Below, in pieces: positions 31,973 through 32,000 of a DNA stretch of 32,000 nt. The stretch is from Vibrio cholerae ATCC 14035 (GTDB lineage Bacteria > Pseudomonadota > Gammaproteobacteria > Enterobacterales > Vibrionaceae), in contig NZ_JHXR01000018.1 in the NCBI RefSeq assembly GCF_000621645.1, forward strand, positions 63,493 through 95,492, written 5' to 3'. Within the stretch, counting starts at the first letter, position 1; each line of letters begins with the position of its first letter. The notes beneath the pieces were generated by a model. It saw nothing but the letters and a program-made list of their open reading frames with translations. It did not search any database and was not told where the DNA came from. The translations under genes were made by a program, and so were the position numbers.

Positions 31973-32000
31973 AATTCTGTTTTTGATTTCACTTTTTCTT

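Overview
This window looks like conserved core chromosome of a Vibrio. Gene order and protein sequences match what I recall of Vibrio cholerae chromosome I, roughly VC0060 to VC0092; that is recall, not a search. Left to right: lexA with its two SOS boxes, an LCM-type methyltransferase, dinF (MATE) and a di-haem cytochrome c peroxidase. Next come tatC-tatB-tatA, ubiB-ubiJ-ubiE and rmuC on the minus strand, then a DMT permease, a YhiN-family flavoprotein, uspB, ferritin, uspA and a second DMT permease. These are followed by a Cys/Lys-rich hypothetical protein, rsmJ, a PAS-GGDEF-EAL protein, asnC, a short H-NS-like protein (tsrA), an MFS efflux pump with a divergent LysR regulator, and aminopeptidase P. 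The window ends with the thiCEFSGH operon behind a TPP riboswitch, crcB, and the distal end of an rRNA operon (5S, tRNA-Asp, tRNA-Trp, terminator). I see no CRISPR array, transposase, integrase, prophage remnant or defence-island architecture, and every large ORF has a plausible housekeeping assignment, so I cannot support a claim of a wholly new multi-gene system here. The items worth a second look are smaller. (1) A methyltransferase sits between lexA and dinF, and its SD and start codon lie inside a perfect 11-bp hairpin. (2) An SOS-box-like palindrome overlaps a candidate rmuC promoter. (3) ThiE is about twice its normal length, with an unassignable N-terminal domain. (4) The short H-NS-like protein lacks a DNA-binding domain. 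(5) The Cys/Lys-rich protein has an internal 42-bp repeat. (6) asnC is orphaned and divergent from a c-di-GMP enzyme gene. CDS coordinates include the stop codon.
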